Positions 55,011 through 62,826 of a stretch of DNA of 64,000 nucleotides are shown here, in pieces. Position 1 is the stretch's first letter. Each line of letters starts with the position of its first letter. The position numbers were made by a program, and so were the translations under genes. The notes under the pieces were generated by a model. The model worked only from the letters and a program-made list of their open reading frames with translations, was not told the DNA's origin and searched no databases. This DNA is from a virus, in the IMG/VR virus record IMGVR_UViG_3300045988_145033, positions 96,001 to 160,000 of that record; one strand, given 5' to 3'.

Positions 55011-55881
55011 AAAAATCTGGAATGTTGATGAAGTCATTTAAGACTTCTCTCTCGAAGTCTTTTGTACATTTCAACTTTACAGACATTATTGTTGAAGGGA
55101 TATTCCATACAGACGGAATATACGATTCAGTATATTGTTTGTGATTTTCTTCTTTTCTATTTTCCTTTAATTTTTCAAGAACTTTTTGTAATATATTTTT
55201 CTTAACTTTAATATACTTCTCATCAGCTTTATAAAGTAAATCCATAGGCATACTAAATACAGGACCTTCGTACACAGTTTCAAAAGTAGACATAATTCTT
55301 TCTCCTACTTCTTTTGGAGAAAGCATATATCTTGTACCTCTACCTATATTAGTTCTAAGTCTATTATTAAAGTCAGTTATATTAGAAAGTATTAAAGCTA
55401 CGAACTCAGAGCATATAAAAGAAGTTTCATTTGCATATTTAGTTATTCTTTTCTTAGGTATCCAAGGAGCAAATCTTGCAAGTTTTCCAAATGAATAAGA
55501 TACCTTTTTATAGTTTTGCTTGAATTGCTCAATATTGTAAACCATCTTCTCATAGGTATCTATTGGAATAAATCTACGAGTTATCTTCATATCTTGGTCT
55601 CTTGCGTGTTCAGGAAACTCAAATATACTCTCAACAGCAACACCATTATTTTTAGCTGTATTTCCTACAGATACAGTTTCATAATAATTCATAGCAACTA
55701 TAGCGTGAGAGTATTTAGAACGAGTAAAGGTTTTGATAACTTTAGATATCCAAGAAGAACCTGATGTAAGAATTACATATATCGGAACCATTCCATTATT
55801 AGTTGCAGCTTCTGAATATAATGTAGACGTTCTTAAAGGATTAAAGATTTCACTTTCAGCTATCTCTTTTAATATACTCAT
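55009..55881 (-). CDS. permuted papain-fold (YiiX/YaeF, NlpC/P60-like) cysteine peptidase candidate
   Basis: His-containing SKYSHAIVAM precedes Cys-containing FICSEFVALI. The His-before-Cys order is typical of permuted NlpC/P60 enzymes. Confidence 0.4.
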   Translation of the reverse strand: MSILKEIAESEIFNPLRTSTLYSEAATNNGMVPIYVILTSGSSWISKVIKTFTRSKYSHAIVAMNYYETVSVGNTAKNNGVAVESIFEFPEHARDQDMKITRRFIPIDTYEKMVYNIEQFKQNYKKVSYSFGKLARFAPWIPKKRITKYANETSFICSEFVALILSNITDFNNRLRTNIGRGTRYMLSPKEVGERIMSTFETVYEGPVFSMPMDLLYKADEKYIKVKKNILQKVLEKLKENRKEENHKQYTESYIPSVWNIPSTIMSVKLKCTKDFEREVLNDFINIPDF

Positions 55882-57047
55882 TTCTTATCACCATCTTTCT
55901 TAGCATCTTTTTCTATTATCTTATCAAGCTCATCTTCAGCTTCTTGTGATTTCTTATATGCCTTTTTGTAATCTTCGTGAATACACTTTCTTTTAAGAGC
56001 TTTAATCCATTCTTCTATAGAGTGCTCTTCTACAAACTTCTCACCTAAGATAATCTTTGATATTATATAAAGATTAGATTCTTTCTCGGTTCTATCCTTA
56101 AAAGTATCGTATGTCATCTTAGCACCTTTACAATAGAATACTTCTATATTTTCCTGAACCTTATCGCTTTCTATATATCTCATAAGATTAACTGTAACCA
56201 TATATCCCTTTGGTGGAAATATAAAGAAAGCAAATCCATCTTCTACATTTCTTATAGGTAGAGCAAAGTATTTATCCTTTTCTCCAGAACCTAATATAAA
56301 TGCTGGAAATTCAACTCCTTCAAATTCTTTTGCGTATTTAGGTGGAGTAAACCAACCTTCACTATATAGTAAAGCGAAGTCTATTCTTGGTGGTATTACA
56401 ACTCTTCCTTTCTTTATGAGTTTCTCTATGGTGATAAAAGTGGAATCGAGTGCTTTTACTTCTTTTTCTCCTTCTACTTGAACGTAGTTAAAATTCCAGT
56501 TATCAAGTATCTCTTTAAAGATAGCGATATTCTTCTTTCTATCCTTTATAAAGTGTGGAGACATATTAGGATTATCAAGTCCGTCTTTTCCAGATATTAT
56601 AAGATTTAAAGGTTTTACAAATATATCAGGAATATGATTTAAGTTCTTACCTTCAAACTTATAAGGAATAACAACAGAAGCTGGTGCTTCTACTTCTTCT
56701 GAAGTATATCCTTTATTATCTAAGTATTCGAGTATTCCGTATTCAATATTTGATAATACTATCTTTTGTCCACCATCTTTAAACGTATAAGTTTTAGCTA
56801 TACTTCTATTAGCCATAAGTTTATCCTTTTGAAATTCAGGAATACTAGCAAGATTGGTAGTTCCATATTTATCAAGCATTCTTTTATTTCTTATCTCTAC
56901 ATACTTCTTGACACAATCATCTGAGCAAAATCTATTGTATCTTCCTTTCTCTTCATTCCAAGAAGTAGGCTTTTTACAGATGACGCATTTACCTATATTT
57001 TTTCTATATTTATTACGCTCTAAAAACGCTTTTTGTTTCTCAGTCAT
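55878..57047 (-). CDS. zinc-ribbon-containing protein, about 389 aa (start at ATG 57047, MTEKQ...)
   Basis: AAAGGAG 8 nt upstream of the ATG at 57047. N-terminal CVIC...C..C cluster. Confidence 0.45.
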   Translation of the reverse strand: MTEKQKAFLERNKYRKNIGKCVICKKPTSWNEEKGRYNRFCSDDCVKKYVEIRNKRMLDKYGTTNLASIPEFQKDKLMANRSIAKTYTFKDGGQKIVLSNIEYGILEYLDNKGYTSEEVEAPASVVIPYKFEGKNLNHIPDIFVKPLNLIISGKDGLDNPNMSPHFIKDRKKNIAIFKEILDNWNFNYVQVEGEKEVKALDSTFITIEKLIKKGRVVIPPRIDFALLYSEGWFTPPKYAKEFEGVEFPAFILGSGEKDKYFALPIRNVEDGFAFFIFPPKGYMVTVNLMRYIESDKVQENIEVFYCKGAKMTYDTFKDRTEKESNLYIISKIILGEKFVEEHSIEEWIKALKRKCIHEDYKKAYKKSQEAEDELDKIIEKDAKKDGDKK

Positions 57048-57097
57048 ATATAACTCCTTTCGGGACAAAACCCCTATTTCTCAACGAAATGTTTTAA

Positions 57098-57109
57098 AAC
57101 AGCTGGGTA
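57098..57109 (+). promoter_or_regulatory. late promoter AACAgctgggTA
   Basis: 30 nt upstream of the gp25-like gene. Confidence 0.45.
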
Positions 57110-57138
57110 AATGGTATTTTTAAAGGAGGTGCATTGAA

Positions 57139-57585
57139 ATGAAAGCTGTTCCAATACCACAGAAAGATTTGATTAAATATATAGAAACTCCTATGAGTTT
57201 ATCTGAATTTAATAAAAATGAACGCTACGAGGATATTCGTGGCATTATAAATTTTCTTTTAAATTTAATAGTAATGGTGCCGGGAACTATACCCGAGATG
57301 CCAGAAATGGGTTACGATTTGCATGGAAGAAGACACTTTATAATGAATGGAAAGTCTCTTATGAAGCAAACTGATGACCTTAAAAAACAAATAGCACTAT
57401 ATTGCAATCATAATGCAATAACAGCAACTACTGTGTATCCTACAACTGACCATATAACAGGAGAGCAATCCGTTACAGTTATAGAAATAATGCTAGCAAC
57501 TGGAGAGGTTGTAAAACTGTATGATGACGGTTATGATACAAAGATAGGCGTTAATATAATAGATGGAAAAGATTTTAGTAAATAA
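57139..57585 (+). CDS. baseplate wedge protein, gp25/GPW family
   Basis: LNLIVMVPGTIPEMPEMGYDL matches T4 gp25 LLGIITTRKGSRPFDPEFGCDL. 148 aa. Late element AACAgctgggTA 30 nt upstream. Confidence 0.65.
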   Translation: MKAVPIPQKDLIKYIETPMSLSEFNKNERYEDIRGIINFLLNLIVMVPGTIPEMPEMGYDLHGRRHFIMNGKSLMKQTDDLKKQIALYCNHNAITATTVYPTTDHITGEQSVTVIEIMLATGEVVKLYDDGYDTKIGVNIIDGKDFSK

Positions 57586-57598
57586 GGAGGAATAATTA

Positions 57599-59383
57599 AT
57601 GGAAGAAAAAATGACACTTGCCGAATATGGTAAGAAGTTACAAGAGGGAGAAGGTATAACTCCTATTAAAGAAGAAAGCGAAGTATTTGGTGAAGAAACT
57701 AAAAGTGAGAATACTGTAAGCGTTAATACTCCAGCAAGTGAGAGCTTAGATGATGTAGAAGTATTTGACCCAAAAGATGCTTCTAAATTTATACCTAGTA
57801 TGCAAAGAGTAGCAAACTTATCAGAACGTGGTGGAATAATTCCTGCTATGAATGAAGAAGAAATAGCAGATATGAATAAGAAACTTGAAGGTGCTGAAAA
57901 TCTATACATGAAGTATACAGAAAAGGACGCTATTGCATCTATAGAAGCTTTAAGAAGACACGGATATACAGATGCTGAAATAGATGAACTTCCATATCTT
58001 AAACTTCTATCTATAGGTAAAGCTATAATAGAAGACGAGAAAGCTGGAACTGTAGGAGATATGAAAGATAAAGTAGATGAAAATGGAAATATAGATATGT
58101 CTCATATGAATGAAGAAGTTACAAATAGTGGACTTAAAAAGGTAGATGAAACTGTAAGAGTCGACTCAGCTGTTTCTGGTGTTCAATCTAATAATCCTAA
58201 CCCTACAGTAATAGATAAAGACGGTAAAGACTTAACTAAAGAGGAAGAAGATGAATTAGTAGAAAAATCTCTAAATGATATGCTAGATGCTAATAAAAAG
58301 GTGTATATTAAATATGCTGATAAACCTTTAAACTCTTATAGAAGAGCAAAGGAATCAAAAGCTAAGAAGCTACTTTCAAGACAAAAAAGAGGAAATAAGG
58401 TAGAAGTATTCCTACCTAACTCAAATCTTATGCTTGAAGTATTTGAAATTCATCAACCTATGATAATAAATGAAGTTATGACTTTAACTCAAATGAGCCA
58501 AGATATAATGGCTAAGAAAAGAGTAGTGGAAGCTATACTTGAAAGGTCAAATCCTATGTGCTCAGACGGTGATGAGATAACTGTAGACGGTATGATGAAC
58601 TATATATCTTATGACGATTTAGGATACATTTATTTAGCAGCGGCTTATGCAAATACTATAGGAGAAGTTCCTTATGGTGTAAGATGTGAAAAATGTGGAA
58701 CACAAGGAACTATAAAGCTTGATATACCTAAACTATTCACAAAGGCTATACAAGATATACCTGATGATGTAAAAGCTCAATATAACCCTTCTGATAGCTT
58801 TGGTAAGTGTATAGAAAAATCGCTAGCTAATAAGATAGTAGAAGTAAAAGATAAAGATGCAAGAGTTGTAGTAACTCTATCTAATCCGTCTTTACTTGCT
58901 AACTGTACACTAGGACAAGCTATAAAGACATATATTTGCGAATCATTTGCATCTATGATACCTGAACAATTCAAGTTCCAATCTATAGATACTAAGTTTG
59001 ATTTCTTAGCAAATCTTGAATCTAATGAGATTATGAAAACTGTATCAGCTTGTGTAATCTTGTCTTATATAGAAAAGGTAGATATATTCACATTTGAAGG
59101 CGGAGAAGATAATTGGGATAATCCTGAATTCTTAGATGCTTCTTATGATAGTGATGAAGACGGAGTGGACTTAATGATAGAAACTATGCTATCTTTAGAA
59201 AAGTCTACTATGGATATAATAGAAAAGACTATAGAAAAGGAATATATAAGAAAGAGAATAGAGCTTGATACTGGAGCTTGGTCTTGTCCTAATGAAAAGT
59301 GTAAAGCTATTAACTCTTCGAGGGTTGAGGGTTTAGAGCTATTGATTCTTTCTTTGTCTCACAAGATGGAAGAAAGCAAATAG
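57599..59383 (+). CDS. putative baseplate protein, 594 aa, acidic
   Basis: Directly downstream of the gp25-like gene. RBS AAGGAGG. Confidence 0.35.
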   Translation: MEEKMTLAEYGKKLQEGEGITPIKEESEVFGEETKSENTVSVNTPASESLDDVEVFDPKDASKFIPSMQRVANLSERGGIIPAMNEEEIADMNKKLEGAENLYMKYTEKDAIASIEALRRHGYTDAEIDELPYLKLLSIGKAIIEDEKAGTVGDMKDKVDENGNIDMSHMNEEVTNSGLKKVDETVRVDSAVSGVQSNNPNPTVIDKDGKDLTKEEEDELVEKSLNDMLDANKKVYIKYADKPLNSYRRAKESKAKKLLSRQKRGNKVEVFLPNSNLMLEVFEIHQPMIINEVMTLTQMSQDIMAKKRVVEAILERSNPMCSDGDEITVDGMMNYISYDDLGYIYLAAAYANTIGEVPYGVRCEKCGTQGTIKLDIPKLFTKAIQDIPDDVKAQYNPSDSFGKCIEKSLANKIVEVKDKDARVVVTLSNPSLLANCTLGQAIKTYICESFASMIPEQFKFQSIDTKFDFLANLESNEIMKTVSACVILSYIEKVDIFTFEGGEDNWDNPEFLDASYDSDEDGVDLMIETMLSLEKSTMDIIEKTIEKEYIRKRIELDTGAWSCPNEKCKAINSSRVEGLELLILSLSHKMEESK

Positions 59384-59610
59384 GTTTTTTACATAATGTC
59401 GTTATCATCTTAGAAGGTAAGTATTCATATGAAACTCTAGCAGAAATGCCTATGAGTGAAATAGAAGCTCTACTTCAACATAATCAAGAATTTATAAGGA
59501 TTAGAGATGAGATGATGGAGAAACAAAGACAGAAAGCAGAGCAAGAATCAAGAAACGGAAATAAAAAAGGTAGAACTACTAAAGAACCAATATATTATTA
59601 AAATAAAAAT

Positions 59611-59636
59611 ATATGTGTGGGATATCCCACACATAT
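59611..59636. terminator. perfect 26-nt palindrome atatgtgtgggatatcccacacatat
   Basis: Follows the baseplate gene after an A-run. Bidirectional hairpin. Confidence 0.45.
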
Positions 59637-59728
59637 ATTTAGAAATACAAAATATTTCGGAGATAACTTTTATGAGAAGACAATATAAAGAATATTATCG
59701 ACTTACAAAAAGTTATTTAAGAAGATGT

Positions 59729-60315
59729 GGGACACCCAATGAATATTGATATTGACATTTCAACTCAAAGAAGTGTTCCTAATATTGTAATAAAAGATTT
59801 AGGTAGGCTTTCGCCTACCAATGTCATACATTATTAAATAACTTGTATAAAAGGACACCTAAATAATCTACATAAATTTAAGTACGAGTGATATAATATT
59901 CAAACCGAAAAGGATGAAATTATTTCAAATACGTGTTGTGCATATTTTAAGGTGGGCATATGCCCACCCGAGATGTGTCTTGTTAGTTGAATTTGAACCA
60001 AATAGTTCAAGCTCTCTTCACAAGTGGTAGAATAGGACACCTAAGAGAACCTTGATAAAATCATTATCATGGCTATTAATAGCCATATAAATGTTAAATT
60101 GAGGGGTGGAGCTCAAAGCTCCACACAATAGGACACCTAAGTCATTAATTAAATTTTATTAAGTTTTCTTCATGGGGTATCATACTTTGATATCCAAAAA
60201 AGTAATTAAGAATCTTCTCACTTAAAGAGGATTCTGATTCTTAGAAGAGAAAGTAAAGAGAACTACCTCTATCGTAATTCTCTTTCCTTGTCTAAATGAA
60301 TAAAGTGGGACACCC
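59729..60315 (+). repeat. five copies of a GGACACCYAA motif (plus orientation) at 59729, 59852, 60034, 60130 and 60307, each preceded by a short perfect hairpin
   Basis: Copies are GGGACACCCAA twice and AGGACACCTAA three times. Adjacent hairpins: ggtaggctttcgcctacc, ggtgggcatatgcccacc, gtggagctcaaagctccac. Confidence 0.6.
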
Positions 60316-60405
60316 AAGGTATTATATGATTTCTACATGAGTAATAAGATAACAATTTTTCCAAATGTTTATGCTATCATTTATCTTGTTAGTCAATTTT
60401 AAAAA

Positions 60406-61104
60406 TTACATAGTAACCATACATAGTCCATCTGAGCTATCAAGAGATACAATCTTACCGAATATCTCTTTTATCTCTTTATCATAATCTTCTACAGATT
60501 TATGCTTTTCGTATGTATTTATTATATTATCTAAATAATGAACTATTTGAGCTATTCTTTTAACCCAAGTTTCATCTTTAGCACTTTCTATGTGATGGTC
60601 AGGTTTACCGTCTTTCATTACTATCTTATATATAAGCTCATCAAATACAAAAGTATATACTTTAGCATTATTACCTTCAGGGTGTATAGATAAGCTATCA
60701 AGAACCATAACACTATCAGTTATTGCTTGTTCATTCTCTCTTTTACTCATATCAGTAATAAGTACATTCACATCAAATAACTCATATCCATTATTTCTCA
60801 AATCATTATGAGCTTTATATCTTTCAAGTATAGTCTTATTAGCATCCCAAGTAATATCAGCTTTTTCTATATTATGATTACCTATTACTATTATCTCATT
60901 CTCAGTTCTTATTCTAATAGTAATATCATTATTAAAAGGATGTCCGTTATATATCCCTATTTCAGTTTCTACACTCTTACCTTGCTTTCTATAATGTGAT
61001 GATACACCTTCTACTATATTTGATATAAATATACCTTTATCCTCTTTACTTAAATACTTAGTAGTACCTATTATATCAATATTTAAAACTACCTTACATT
61101 TCAT
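60406..61104 (-). CDS. hypothetical protein, 232 aa
   Basis: RBS AAAGGAGG. Late element AACAttttcgTA upstream. Confidence 0.45.
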   Translation of the reverse strand: MKCKVVLNIDIIGTTKYLSKEDKGIFISNIVEGVSSHYRKQGKSVETEIGIYNGHPFNNDITIRIRTENEIIVIGNHNIEKADITWDANKTILERYKAHNDLRNNGYELFDVNVLITDMSKRENEQAITDSVMVLDSLSIHPEGNNAKVYTFVFDELIYKIVMKDGKPDHHIESAKDETWVKRIAQIVHYLDNIINTYEKHKSVEDYDKEIKEIFGKIVSLDSSDGLCMVTM

Positions 61105-61132
61105 ATTAATTATCCTCCTTTAAACTTAATTA

Positions 61133-61144
61133 TACGAAAATGTT
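61133..61144 (-). promoter_or_regulatory. late promoter AACAttttcgTA
   Basis: Minus strand, upstream of 60406..61104. Confidence 0.4.
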
Positions 61145-61204
61145 CATAAACTCTCAAGTTACAATACTTTTTATTTTTATTAAAAAACTTTTTTCAAAAA
61201 AGTG

Positions 61205-61395
61205 GAAACACTGTTGTGTAAAAAACAACCTTGACGTTGGTTGTTGTCCGAGCAGAGCGAGGAGCTGAAGCGTGAGCGGAACCCCAAACCATCCCGACCG
61301 GTGCCCCTAAGGCAAGGAGTGGAGGGTGGTTAGGGGTTGCCGAGGAACGAGCAAGAACTAATGGCAACGGTGGGAATATCGACCAAGGCAAAAGA
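61205..61395 (-). ncRNA. GC-rich (>55% GC) structured element, candidate small non-coding RNA with its own terminator; identity unknown
   Basis: Sharp GC island in 30% GC DNA. The only ORF here (65 aa) is Pro/Ala-rich, unlike every other protein. Minus-strand hairpin ACAACC-N8-GGTTGT plus T5 lies at 61218-61244. Confidence 0.35.
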
Positions 61396-61500
61396 ATAAA
61401 TAAAAATATAATATAAATGTTACTAAATATACAGAAATAGTAATCCTAAATGGATTATTAATTAATATAAAAAATTATAAACAACATATTGCAGTAGCAA

Positions 61501-61540
61501 AAAAGAAACGGCTTCGCCTACTCCGCCTGCGGCGAGCCAT
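61501..61540 (-). terminator. GC-rich hairpin plus U-run (minus strand)
   Basis: Revcomp ggctcgccgcaggcggagtaggcgaagcc then GTTTCTTTTTT. Confidence 0.4.
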
Positions 61541-61686
61541 ACGATACTGGTTACAGTAGTAGTAATACTATATGTAAATACTTATATAAACAAAATAAAT
61601 GATATTATTTGAGATAAGTATGTCAAAAATGTAATAGTAATATTTCGTTTTTAATTCAGCCTTATTTAGAATTTTTCTTCTAAAAA

Positions 61687-61714
61687 TATATACTCCCGAT
61701 ATGGGAGTATATAT
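61687..61714. terminator. palindromic terminator (atatactccc-gatat-gggagtatat)
   Basis: Same family. Confidence 0.5.
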
Positions 61715-62239
61715 TTACTTTTTATTATCATAAATTGTAGTAGTAGATAAAAGGTATCTTACTTTCTTTTCTACATAGGTTTCTAAATTCATTCCTAAAG
61801 CATCTAATATATTAGATACAATAGTATGATACTTATCTGGTAGTATGTAATCAGCTTTAGTAAGTTTATAGTTATCTTGTCTTTTAAACTTATAGTAAAA
61901 CTTATATATTCTTGCAAATAAAGTATTATTAACTGAGTGCATTATATACCAAGTAATAATAGTAGTTACAAGTTCATATTGTGATATATAGAAATGGTCA
62001 TCTTTCACTTCTCCATTTATTTGTATCCAATTATCCCTATAATTATTAATATCTTCTAAAGGATATTTATAATCGGAATTATCTTTATCATGTACTATTC
62101 TTATATCCAGTTTATTCCATAATGTAAAGTAATCATCAAAATGAATACTTCTTAAATAGTAAGCTATTCTATTAAACATAAATTCATTTTCAAATAATTG
62201 TGGATACATAAATGTGGGTACTTTATAACCTTCTTGCAT
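61715..62239 (-). CDS. hypothetical protein, 174 aa
   Basis: RBS AGGAGG. Palindromic terminator downstream. Confidence 0.45.
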   Translation of the reverse strand: MQEGYKVPTFMYPQLFENEFMFNRIAYYLRSIHFDDYFTLWNKLDIRIVHDKDNSDYKYPLEDINNYRDNWIQINGEVKDDHFYISQYELVTTIITWYIMHSVNNTLFARIYKFYYKFKRQDNYKLTKADYILPDKYHTIVSNILDALGMNLETYVEKKVRYLLSTTTIYDNKK

Positions 62240-62346
62240 ATTAAAACCTCCTATAAATTATAATTCTATAAATAAGTTTTTAAAATCGTATGGAACACGA
62301 ATATGACGATTATATCACTTTAAATAATGTAAAAGGAGGTAGGAAT

Positions 62347-62586
62347 ATGGATTTAAAGAATACTAATAATACAATATCATCTAAAATATATAATATTCCT
62401 AAAGTAGTATTTAAAGAAGGAAGTTTAAAAATAACAGCAGGAGCTATGAGGGAAATAGTTGATATGTTATGTATAAAAGATGTAGATAATGTATTAGAAG
62501 AATTAGGAAAGATAATTCCTGTTAGTGAATCTCTTAAAAGTGATATAAAGATTAGAAATGGATTGCTTACAAACTGTAAAGTGTAA
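62347..62586 (+). CDS. hypothetical protein, 79 aa (start at ATG 62347)
   Basis: AAAGGAGG precedes the ATG at 62347. The track start at 62290 lacks an RBS. Confidence 0.4.
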   Translation: MDLKNTNNTISSKIYNIPKVVFKEGSLKITAGAMREIVDMLCIKDVDNVLEELGKIIPVSESLKSDIKIRNGLLTNCKV

Positions 62587-62601
62587 AGGAGGATTGGGAA
62601 T

Positions 62602-62820
62602 ATGTTTGAGAATTTGGCTCCGGTTACCCCCCTTGAAATTACGGTAATGAACTCAATAAAAATATCATTTTATTTCTATGCTGGAGTAGTATGTGCATAT
62701 CTTTTGACAAGACTTGAAGGAGATATGGAATCGCCATATATAGATAATGCGATAAAAGTTTTAGATATATGGTTTTTTACTTCAATTACAATGTATATAC
62801 TTCTAAAGATAGCGGGGTGA
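62602..62820 (+). CDS. small membrane protein, 72 aa
   Basis: RBS AAGGAGG. Two hydrophobic segments. Confidence 0.45.
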   Translation: MFENLAPVTPLEITVMNSIKISFYFYAGVVCAYLLTRLEGDMESPYIDNAIKVLDIWFFTSITMYILLKIAG

Positions 62821-62826
62821 TATTAA

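Noticed and set aside
59445-59601. Apparent about 50-aa ORF after the 594-aa baseplate gene, considered as a possible frameshift extension
   Set aside because: Careful codon counting shows the ATG frame stops after 12 codons. The longer frame has only a GTG start and no RBS. It is treated as non-coding, possibly a small RNA ending in the 26-nt palindrome.
59729-60315. CRISPR array as an explanation for the GGACACCYAA repeats
   Set aside because: The repeat unit is only about 10 nt. Spacings are irregular (96-182 bp) and the copies are not identical in their flanks. This is inconsistent with CRISPR repeat-spacer architecture.
61194-61391. 65-aa minus-strand ORF (MPWSIFPPLPLVLARSS...) inside the GC-rich island
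   Set aside because: The Pro/Ala/Gly-rich composition is unlike all other proteins in the window. There is no RBS. The region is better explained as structured RNA, and the ORF is a by-product of the high GC.
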